Of a stretch of 64,000 bases of DNA, positions 26,969-34,504 are shown in pieces. Position numbers and translations under genes: made by a program. Within the stretch, counting starts at the first letter, position 1, and the number at the start of each line of letters is the position of its first letter. The DNA is from Gammaproteobacteria bacterium. Lineage in GTDB: Bacteria; Pseudomonadota; Gammaproteobacteria; Natronospirales; REEB76. The notes under the pieces are model-generated. The model saw nothing but the letters and a program-made list of their open reading frames with translations. It was not told the DNA's origin and did not search any database. The stretch is taken from the NCBI GenBank assembly GCA_035465695.1, contig DATIVR010000017.1, positions 71 through 64,070 of the forward strand, in the 5' to 3' direction.

Positions 26969-27547
26969 TCAGGGCTGTGCGGGGAACTTGTCGAAGATGT
27001 CCTTGACCGCTTCCTGCACGGACTGGTCGCTGTAGTTGTCCTGGTTGAGCAGCTCGGTGGTCCAGCCGCGCCACACCAGCCGCTTGCTCCGGCCATCCAA
27101 CACGTCGAGCATCAAGGTGCCCTCGCTGCGGGTCCGCACATCCGGGCCTACGGGGAATCCCACGGCGCCGAACCCATGCGGGAAGGCGTCGACGAAGCCG
27201 AAGCTGAAGGAGGGCCCCGTGCTCTCCAGCGTCTGCTTGGCGCTGGTGTGATAAGTCACCAGGAAGTCCGGGTTCGCGTCTGGCGCCACCTCGTCGTAGC
27301 CCCGGGCGCGCAAGTCGTCGCTCACGGCCTTATGCACCCGGGACTCGAGGATCTGGCTGTCCAGGATGGGATCGCGCACCGGTCCGGCGGGCGGGCTCAG
27401 CCAGGCGAAGTGGTGGTATCCCGAGAGCTTGGCGTCCTGATCCTGCTCGGTATAGATGCGGGGGGCACAGGCGGCCAGGAGCAAGCTGAGGCCAATCAGG
27501 CCCAGACCGAGGATGCGGGTAAAAAAGCCTTTGAAATCAATGTTCAT
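26969..27547 (-). CDS. DUF4136-like lipoprotein
   Basis: 192 aa with lipobox LLLAACA. The pattern F.W...P......D..I...V...L...GY, then LMLDVLD....RLVWRGW, is typical of DUF4136. Confidence 0.68.
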   Translation of the reverse strand: MNIDFKGFFTRILGLGLIGLSLLLAACAPRIYTEQDQDAKLSGYHHFAWLSPPAGPVRDPILDSQILESRVHKAVSDDLRARGYDEVAPDANPDFLVTYHTSAKQTLESTGPSFSFGFVDAFPHGFGAVGFPVGPDVRTRSEGTLMLDVLDGRSKRLVWRGWTTELLNQDNYSDQSVQEAVKDIFDKFPAQP

Positions 27548-27605
27548 GACGGAAACCTCGCGGGGTCACTGGAGTCTAGCATGGGCAGTTGCGACACTCT
27601 TACGA

Positions 27606-27635
27606 CAAGATATTTTGTATACAAACAATATCTTG
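27606..27635. promoter_or_regulatory. Nested palindrome in the divergent intergenic region (candidate operator)
   Basis: The sequence is CAAGATATT-TTGTATACAA-AC-AATATCTTG. The 9-bp outer arms are perfectly complementary. Inside sits a perfect 12-bp palindrome TTTGTATACAAA (27614-27625). It lies 59 nt upstream of the GTG of the GAF-GGDEF gene. Confidence 0.45.
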
Positions 27636-27693
27636 CGCGGTATAGAAGGGCTAGGTAATAAGGGACTACAGGGGCCAGGACTTAATATCTCAC

Positions 27694-29559
27694 GTGAAGA
27701 ACGCCCGCCAACTCTCGGTGGTCTACGCAGCACTGCTCGCCCTGGCGGGCTTCATCCTGCTCATCTATCTCTCGGTGCATACCCAACTCGAGATCACCAA
27801 TGTCGCGGCGGTGGTGGGTTTCACGCTGTTCGGCATCGTGGTGGTGCTGTTCGGTTTCCCGGCACCCCACGTCGGTCATGTCTCGCTGGACCGTGTGGTG
27901 CAGATCTCCAGCATCTTGATCTTCGGCACGCTCCCGGCGGCATGGATCGCCGGCATATCGTCGGTGATCTGGCCGTTTCTGCCTTGGGGCGCGAACCGCA
28001 ACCAGGACCTGCGCCTCACCATACTGCGCGCCGGCCACAACTCCGGGATGATCATCTTCCTGATCCTGGCCATCGGCGGCGTCTATCAGCTGCTGGGCGG
28101 CCACGTGCCCCTGCTCGAACTCGATCTCCACGACGGCGTGCTGATGCTGTTCCTGGCCATCGGCATGCAGCTCCTGAACATGTGCTTCGTAGCGGTGATC
28201 GCGTGGCTGGAAGGCTTCGATTGGAGGAAAGCCTTCGGTTTCTTCAGCTTCGCGGTGGACATCGCCGCGGTGCCACTCGCAGTGTTCACCGCCATCGTCT
28301 ACAACCGGCTGGAGGCGCCGGTCTTCTGGCTGTTCCTGATGGTGCTGTTCCTCATCATCTGGATCGTGAAGCATATCGCCGACACCCAGACCACGCTCGC
28401 GGTCAAGAAGGACGAACTGGAGGCGCTGAACCGTGTGGGCCGCGCCGTGTCCGGAGCGCTGGTGCTGGATGACCTCATCGAGTTGATCTTCCGGGAGAGC
28501 AAGAACCTCTTGGAATCCGACTCCTTCATGCTCGCGCTGTACGACGAATCCACCCGTGAACTGGATATCCGGTTGCATCACAACCGCGCCGGGCGCCAGG
28601 CTACGCGCCGCCGCCGCTTGGGCGAGGGCATCTTGGGCTGGGTGGTCGCCAGCAACAAGCCGGTGTTCATCAGCGACTGGAACTCGGACGAGAGTGAATT
28701 CAAGAACATGATGATCCACATCGGTGACACGCCGCAGACGCAGTCGTTCATCGCCGTGCCTATCACCTATCGCGAGAGGGTATTGGGCGTGCTCTCGGTG
28801 CAGGGGTATACACCCTACATGTTCAGCGATTCGCAGTTCGAGTTGGTGGTCACGTTCGCGGGCCAGGTAGCGGTAGCCATCGCCAACGCGCGGCTGTTCG
28901 AGGAACTGGAGAAGGGCCGCAATGAACTGGAGCGTCGGGTGGTGGAACGCACCCACGATCTGGCGCTGCAGAAGGACGAGCTGCATGCCCTCACCGAGTC
29001 CCTGCGCAGCGCCAACCGCGAGAAGGAGGAACTGCTGGGGCGCCTGCAGCAACAAGCCTCGGAGCTGGAACGCCAGAGCCGCGAGGACGGGTTGACCGGA
29101 CTCTACAACCGCCGGTACCTCGACAGCCGGCTGGATTTCGAAGTGAAGCGCGCCGAGCGCTACAACCGTCAGATCGCCCTGGCCATGGCCGATGTCGACC
29201 GCTTCAAAGGCGTCAACGACCAGCACTCGCACATGGTCGGTGATGACGTGTTGCGTGCCATCGCCAACATCCTGCGCACCCAGTGCCGTTCCATCGACAT
29301 CATCGCCCGCTATGGCGGCGAGGAATTCCTGCTCTGCTTCCCGGAGACGGCCAAGGACAATGCCGTGAATGTCTGCGAGAAGATCCGCAGGCACGTGGAG
29401 GAATATGACTGGTCACGCCTGCAGCCGGGGCTGCATGTCACCCTGAGTGTGGGAGTGGCGGCGGCGCCCCCGGCGTACGATGTCGATGCCTTGATCGCAG
29501 CGGCAGACGAGAAGCTGTACGACGCTAAACGCGGCGGAAGAAATCGCGTGTGCGCTTGA
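27694..29559 (+). CDS. Polytopic membrane sensor - GAF - GGDEF diguanylate cyclase
   Basis: GTG start. An N-terminal region of about 250 aa with about 8 hydrophobic helices. GAF region (GILGWVVASNKPVFISD...). Coiled-coil linker. GGDEF domain with RYGGEEF and GLYNRRY. Confidence 0.88.
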   Translation: MKNARQLSVVYAALLALAGFILLIYLSVHTQLEITNVAAVVGFTLFGIVVVLFGFPAPHVGHVSLDRVVQISSILIFGTLPAAWIAGISSVIWPFLPWGANRNQDLRLTILRAGHNSGMIIFLILAIGGVYQLLGGHVPLLELDLHDGVLMLFLAIGMQLLNMCFVAVIAWLEGFDWRKAFGFFSFAVDIAAVPLAVFTAIVYNRLEAPVFWLFLMVLFLIIWIVKHIADTQTTLAVKKDELEALNRVGRAVSGALVLDDLIELIFRESKNLLESDSFMLALYDESTRELDIRLHHNRAGRQATRRRRLGEGILGWVVASNKPVFISDWNSDESEFKNMMIHIGDTPQTQSFIAVPITYRERVLGVLSVQGYTPYMFSDSQFELVVTFAGQVAVAIANARLFEELEKGRNELERRVVERTHDLALQKDELHALTESLRSANREKEELLGRLQQQASELERQSREDGLTGLYNRRYLDSRLDFEVKRAERYNRQIALAMADVDRFKGVNDQHSHMVGDDVLRAIANILRTQCRSIDIIARYGGEEFLLCFPETAKDNAVNVCEKIRRHVEEYDWSRLQPGLHVTLSVGVAAAPPAYDVDALIAAADEKLYDAKRGGRNRVCA

Positions 29560-32500
29560 GCAGACCCGGGCTCAGTGCCCCCAGCTCATCCCCCGGCATG
29601 AGGTTCAGGTTCTCGCGCTGAAACAGCGCATCGGCTTTCTGTGCGTCCAGGGCCGACGAGAACAGTTTGCCCTGAGCCGCCCGGCAACCGAGGCTATCCA
29701 GGATATGCAGTTGTTGGCGGGTCTCCACCCCCTCCGCGACGGTGTTCATCCCGAGCTCGCGCGCGAGGTCGATGATGGTGCGCACGATCGCGGCGTGCTT
29801 CGCATTCTGTTCCATGTCCATGACGAAGCTGCGGTCGATCTTGAGGGTATCCAACGGTAGTGCCGCGAGATAGCTCAAGGACGAGAACCCGGTCCCGAAG
29901 TCGTCCAGATGCAGCGCCACACCTAGGTTCCTCAGGCGTCGCAGGCTATGCTCGGCGGCCTTGGGGTTCTCGAGGAATACGGTCTCGGTGATCTCGAGAT
30001 GCAGGCCCGAGGCAGGCAGGCCGCTCTCCAGCAGCGCGCTATTCACCCGCTGCGGCAGTCCGGCGTACATGAACTGCTTGTGGGCAAGGTTGACCGCCAC
30101 TGTGAGCTCGCGGGCCTGCGGGTGACGGGTGCGCCAGGAATACAGCTGGCGGCAGGCCTCTTCCAGCAGCCACCAGCCCATGGGCAAGATCAGGCCGGTC
30201 TCTTCCGCCACGCCCAGGAACTCGTCCGGTCCCAACAGGCCTCGGACCGGGTGCTGCCAGCGCATCAGCGCCTCGAATCCCAGCAGCCGTCCGTGGGTGA
30301 CGGACACCAGCGGCTGGTAGTGCACGCGCAGTTCGCGGTTGTCCAGCGCTTGGCGCAACTCGGTCTCCACCCGTAGCCGCGCGCGCGCGCGTGCGTACAT
30401 GTCGTGATCGAAGACCACATAGCTCGCCTTGCCTGCCGCCTTGGCCCGGTACATGGCGGTATCGGCGTCGCGCAGCAGCTCCTCGGTGGTGGCGTAATCC
30501 GCGTGACCCGGTGCGATGCCGATGCTCGCGTTGGTGTAGATCTCGTTGTCGCCAAGGCGCACCGGATGCACCAGCTCCGTGAGGATCTGCTCCGCCACCT
30601 GCACCGCGTCCTCTGCATCACTGGTCTGGCCGACCAGCACCGTGAACTCGTCGCCGCCGTGGCGTGCCAGGATATCCCAAGGTCCCAGGCACTTCTTGAG
30701 GCGCTGCGCCACCTGCACCAGCAACTCATCGCCCGCGGCGTGGCCCAAGCTGTCATTCACCACCTTGAAGCTGTCCAAATCGATGAACAGGACCGCGTAG
30801 CCCGGCGCGCCCTTGGGGCGGCTGCGCTCCATGGCCTTGGCCAGCCGCTCGATGAACAGGGTGCGGTTGGGAAGCCCGGTGAGCGGGTCGTGAGTGGCGT
30901 TGTGACGCAGCTGGTTCTCGAAGCGGCGCTGTTCGGTGACGTCACGCACGGTACCGATCATCAGGCGCCGGTCGTCCTGGTCGATGATGCCTATGCTGTG
31001 GGTGACGTTGATGCGGGTCTTGCGGTCCTTCTGTATCAGTTCGGACTCGTAGTCGTTGGCCACTTCCTCGCCGCGCTGGCGCCGCTGAAAGCGATCGTCG
31101 GCGGCAGCCAGCTCCTCCGGCGGGAAGATGTCGCGGTAACTCATGCCGATGAGTTCGGCCTCGGTGTAGCCGAGCATGTCGGCGAAGGCACGATTCACGT
31201 AGGTGTAGTAACCGTTCTCGTTGATGAACACGCCGACCTGGGCGTGCCCCACCAGCAGGCGATAACGTTGCTCGGAGCGCTGCAGGGCGGTCTCGGCGCG
31301 TTTGCGTGCCGTGATATCCTGCAGCGAGCCTTCGTAATACGCGACGCTGCCATCCGGGTTGCGGACTACGCGCGCGCTCAAACTCACCCAGATGTCATTG
31401 CCATCGCGGCGGCGCAGCTCGACCTCGCGACCGGTGACGCGGCCGGTCCGCTCCAGGTCGGCATTGATGCGGCGGCGTTCGTCCGGGTCGCGATAGAGTT
31501 CGCCAATGTTCTTGATGCTGGTGAGCAAAGCGGCCGGATTTGGATAGCCGAAGATGTCCGCCAATGCCTGGTTGGCGCGCAGATACTGGCCGGTCGGCGT
31601 GCTCTGGTACATGCCGATCACGGCGTTCTCGAAGATGGCGCGGAACTTCTGCTCCGCCGCCAGGAGCGCCTCTTGGGTACGGCGTTCTTCGGTGATGTCG
31701 CGGATGGTGCCGGTGCTGGCGAGCTGGCCGTTCAAGGTGATGGGACCGGAGCGCACCGAGGCCAGAATGCGGGTCACCCCATCCTTCTTCAGCAGGTGCA
31801 CCTCATAGGCGCTCTTCTCCCATTGGCCGGCGCGGCGCTTGCGCCATAGGTCCTCCAGGAAGTCACGGTCTTCCGGCGCTATGAACTTCATGTACGGCGT
31901 GCCGGTCATCTCGGTGACGCCATATCCCAGCATATCGGCATAGGCCTGGTTCACGTACGTGTAGTTGCCTTCCTGGGTGACGAACACGCCGTCCTGGCTG
32001 TAATCGACCAGGGTGCGGTACTTCTCTTCCGACACCGAGAGCGCCAACTCCGCGGCATGGCGGGCGCTGATGTCGACGAAGCTGCCCTCGTAATACAGCA
32101 CTTCCCCAGACTCGCCCTTGACGGCGTGTGCACTCTCCGAGACCCACAGGTGGCTCCCGTCGCGGCGCAGCACTTCCAGGTGACAGCCCTCGAAGTAACC
32201 CTCCTTCCTCAGGAGCTCGGCGAGTTCGGCACGGGCTTCGGGATCCACATAGAGATCGCGTCCGAGGTCCTGAACCGACCGCATGAGATCCTGGGACGAG
32301 GCATATCCCAGGAGGCGCGCCATGGCGGGATTGACGTCGAGGAAGCGGCCATCCGGGCTGCTCTGGTAGATGGCTTCCACCGCGTGATCGAAGATCGCGC
32401 GGTAGCGGGTCTCGGCGCGACGCTGCGCGGCACGATCGGCCTCGCGTTGCCGGACGTCCTCGAGGATGCCGAGCACGTAGTGCTCGCCATCCACCGTCAC

Positions 32501-32791
32501 GACCGCGGCGATGAGCAGGCATTCGAACTCGCTGCCGTCGCGGCGGCGGTAGGTCATGGGTCGCGTCGTGATGTTGCGCTGCTCGATGAGTTCCTGCGCG
32601 AACTGCTCGCGCTTCGCGGCATCCCAGATGCCGAGTTCCACCGAGGTCTTGCCGATCAGGTGTTCGCGCGAGTAACCGAGCGCGCGCTCGAAGCTGTCGT
32701 TCACATCCACGAAGCGGCCATCGGCCAAGCGCGTGAGTGCGACCAGACTGGATGAGCCATTGAATGCACTGGCGAGTTTCACGCCTGGCAC
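29525..32791 (-). CDS. Multi-PAS - GGDEF - EAL c-di-GMP turnover protein
   Basis: 1088 aa with at least four PAS/PAC repeats (repeated ...Y.GS..DIT.R/E.R...). GGDEF domain with RHGGDEF. EAL domain with FEALMRW, DDFGTG and QG.LFS. Confidence 0.9.
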   Translation of the reverse strand: MPGVKLASAFNGSSSLVALTRLADGRFVDVNDSFERALGYSREHLIGKTSVELGIWDAAKREQFAQELIEQRNITTRPMTYRRRDGSEFECLLIAAVVTVDGEHYVLGILEDVRQREADRAAQRRAETRYRAIFDHAVEAIYQSSPDGRFLDVNPAMARLLGYASSQDLMRSVQDLGRDLYVDPEARAELAELLRKEGYFEGCHLEVLRRDGSHLWVSESAHAVKGESGEVLYYEGSFVDISARHAAELALSVSEEKYRTLVDYSQDGVFVTQEGNYTYVNQAYADMLGYGVTEMTGTPYMKFIAPEDRDFLEDLWRKRRAGQWEKSAYEVHLLKKDGVTRILASVRSGPITLNGQLASTGTIRDITEERRTQEALLAAEQKFRAIFENAVIGMYQSTPTGQYLRANQALADIFGYPNPAALLTSIKNIGELYRDPDERRRINADLERTGRVTGREVELRRRDGNDIWVSLSARVVRNPDGSVAYYEGSLQDITARKRAETALQRSEQRYRLLVGHAQVGVFINENGYYTYVNRAFADMLGYTEAELIGMSYRDIFPPEELAAADDRFQRRQRGEEVANDYESELIQKDRKTRINVTHSIGIIDQDDRRLMIGTVRDVTEQRRFENQLRHNATHDPLTGLPNRTLFIERLAKAMERSRPKGAPGYAVLFIDLDSFKVVNDSLGHAAGDELLVQVAQRLKKCLGPWDILARHGGDEFTVLVGQTSDAEDAVQVAEQILTELVHPVRLGDNEIYTNASIGIAPGHADYATTEELLRDADTAMYRAKAAGKASYVVFDHDMYARARARLRVETELRQALDNRELRVHYQPLVSVTHGRLLGFEALMRWQHPVRGLLGPDEFLGVAEETGLILPMGWWLLEEACRQLYSWRTRHPQARELTVAVNLAHKQFMYAGLPQRVNSALLESGLPASGLHLEITETVFLENPKAAEHSLRRLRNLGVALHLDDFGTGFSSLSYLAALPLDTLKIDRSFVMDMEQNAKHAAIVRTIIDLARELGMNTVAEGVETRQQLHILDSLGCRAAQGKLFSSALDAQKADALFQRENLNLMPGDELGALSPGLLKRTRDFFRRV

Positions 32792-33007
32792 CTACCCGTT
32801 GCAGCCGTCGTTAAGTCCCGCTTCCGGTGCGGCGCCACTGCCCCGCGCCGGCCGGGGAGGGACTATCCTGCATTAAGTTAATTTAGGCCAAAATTTCCCA
32901 GCCGCCTACCTCGGCATCATGTCGGGCATCCGAGATAACAGAAAAAGCCTGTCAAGTGAGGCGCTTAGGGGGTGATGCTCGAAATAGGCTGATGATGCGG
33001 ACGAGAG

Positions 33008-34504
33008 TCAGAGCTCCACGGCCGTCAGCACCACCCCCGCCGCGAAGGTGAGGCCGAATGCGATGCTGTAGCTGATGAACAACATGAAGAATTTCAAGGC
33101 GGTCATGAACCAGCCTTGCCGGTAGAAGAAGCGCAGCGCCAGGAACAGGTAGATGGCGATATACCACCAGGCCAGGGTCCCCAGCTTGTGCCCCAAGGGT
33201 TCCAGCCATAGCACATGATGGCTCAGCGACCCGAGCAACATCACCAGCAGCATCACCATGAAAGCCATGGAGTGGAAATGCAGGGTGAACACGAAGTGTT
33301 CAGTGAGATAGCGCTTCGAGCCGATGTAGAAGAGCTTGAGGAAGATGGCGATGAGCGGCATCAGCACGAACATCATCTTCGGCAGGTTCTGGCCCAGTTT
33401 CTTCTTGAACTCGTCCTGATGAGCGGGATCCCTCAGGTTCTCGAGCGCCTTGGTAAGGCGGTTCTCGTCGGCGTCATCTTTCTTGCCCTTAAGGTCGCCT
33501 GGGTCGATCTGCACCAAGCCATCGGCCATGGAGAGTGAACCGGAAACCGGACTGGGCGCCGGTGATTTCGCGCCCGGACCGTATGTATAGCGCCGCACCT
33601 TCGACGGGACGCTTGCTGCGGCCTTGGCCGCGGTCGTGGCGGCTGCCGGCGACTTGTCCAACGCCGCGAGCTCTTCCTCGAGGATCGACCTCGCGAAGCT
33701 CTTGGCGCCCGCGTCGCCGGGCTCGGAATTCAGCTGCTGCAAGGCGCTCTGGATCTGGTCGCGGGTCTCTTCCTTGGTCTGTTTCGGCACGCTGCCTTCG
33801 GTCACCGCCACGGGTTTGCCGTTCACCATCACATTGTTGCCGCCGCTCAGGGCGGTGAGCTGTGGCCAGAAGATGGCAGCCAGGAAGAAGAACACGATGC
33901 TGGTGAACAGGTACAGGCGAAACGGTTTTACGTAGCGCTCTTCGTGGCCGAGGCAATATTCGGTGGTGAGATAACCCGGACGGAACATCAGCGGCACGAT
34001 GCTATGGAAGAACTTGGTATCGAAGCCGAAGTGGGTCGCGGCGAAGTCCTGCAGCACGTTCCACAGCGGGGCCACGTAGGTGTGGTTCTTCTGTCCGCAC
34101 TCCATGCAGAACTTGCCGGTGAGCGGTGTACCGCAGTTGCGGCAGCGCGGGCCTTCCGGCGGCAGCACCAATCCCGGCAGCGCGAGAGTGCCGGCCACTG
34201 GCGCGTCCAGGTCGAAGACGCGGCGACTGGTCTTCATCTTGTCGCCGAATCGCCTCACCCCGTCCTCGCGCATGCGAGGCGCATGTTCAGCAAGGTACTG
34301 GTCCAGCTCAGCGCGGCTGCCTAACGTGTACTGCACGACGCGGCGCTCGGTGCCCGCCGCGGGACCCTCGGGTTTCAGGATGCGGGCATCATGGAACCCG
34401 GGCAGGGCGAGCATGTGGCGCACATGGTCCTTCAGCCATGCGTCGAACTCCGCGGCGGCGTCAGCCTGGATGTCCAGGGTGACCTCGTAGACCAGTGCGC
34501 TCAT
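33008..34504 (-). CDS. Fusion of a DUF4286-like domain and a DUF3667-like zinc-ribbon membrane protein
   Basis: The N-terminal ~100 aa (YEVTLDIQ...FDAWLKDHVRHML..GF..ARIL...VVQYTL.SRAELDQYL.EHAPRMREDGVRRFGDK) resemble DUF4286. Then CRNCGTPLTGKFCMECGQ plus PGYLTTEY..G.E.RYVKPFRLY and multiple TM helices resemble DUF3667. Its ATG overlaps the fadE stop (ATGA, 34501-34504). Confidence 0.65.
   Translation of the reverse strand: MSALVYEVTLDIQADAAAEFDAWLKDHVRHMLALPGFHDARILKPEGPAAGTERRVVQYTLGSRAELDQYLAEHAPRMREDGVRRFGDKMKTSRRVFDLDAPVAGTLALPGLVLPPEGPRCRNCGTPLTGKFCMECGQKNHTYVAPLWNVLQDFAATHFGFDTKFFHSIVPLMFRPGYLTTEYCLGHEERYVKPFRLYLFTSIVFFFLAAIFWPQLTALSGGNNVMVNGKPVAVTEGSVPKQTKEETRDQIQSALQQLNSEPGDAGAKSFARSILEEELAALDKSPAAATTAAKAAASVPSKVRRYTYGPGAKSPAPSPVSGSLSMADGLVQIDPGDLKGKKDDADENRLTKALENLRDPAHQDEFKKKLGQNLPKMMFVLMPLIAIFLKLFYIGSKRYLTEHFVFTLHFHSMAFMVMLLVMLLGSLSHHVLWLEPLGHKLGTLAWWYIAIYLFLALRFFYRQGWFMTALKFFMLFISYSIAFGLTFAAGVVLTAVEL

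Noticed and set aside
27614-27625. Shared GTATAC core between this palindrome and the TetR operator candidate at 565-579, as evidence for a common regulator
   Set aside because: GTATAC also occurs inside coding regions in this window (28806-28811, 39750-39755, 46127-46132). A handful of copies is roughly what base composition predicts, so the shared hexamer alone is not evidence.
27682-29394. 570-aa minus-strand ORF, and similar long ORFs at 61192-63192 (-), 37469-39403 (+), 17784-19841 (+), 13011-14522 (-), 10389-11690 (-), 42631-44118 (-), 59109-60302 (-), 48309-49379 (+), 63221-63961 (-)
   Set aside because: Each is antisense or out of frame to a gene with strong family motifs. All have Arg/Gly/Ala/His-rich low-information composition and no signal peptides or motifs. 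They are expected stop-free shadow frames of about 66% G+C DNA.
32792-33007. 216-nt intergenic region scanned for a tRNA, sRNA or terminator
   Set aside because: Only 4-5 bp stems were found (for example GCCT..AGGC before TTTTTC on the minus strand). No tRNA-like arms or convincing structure were seen. It is most simply the promoter/leader of the PAS-GGDEF-EAL gene.
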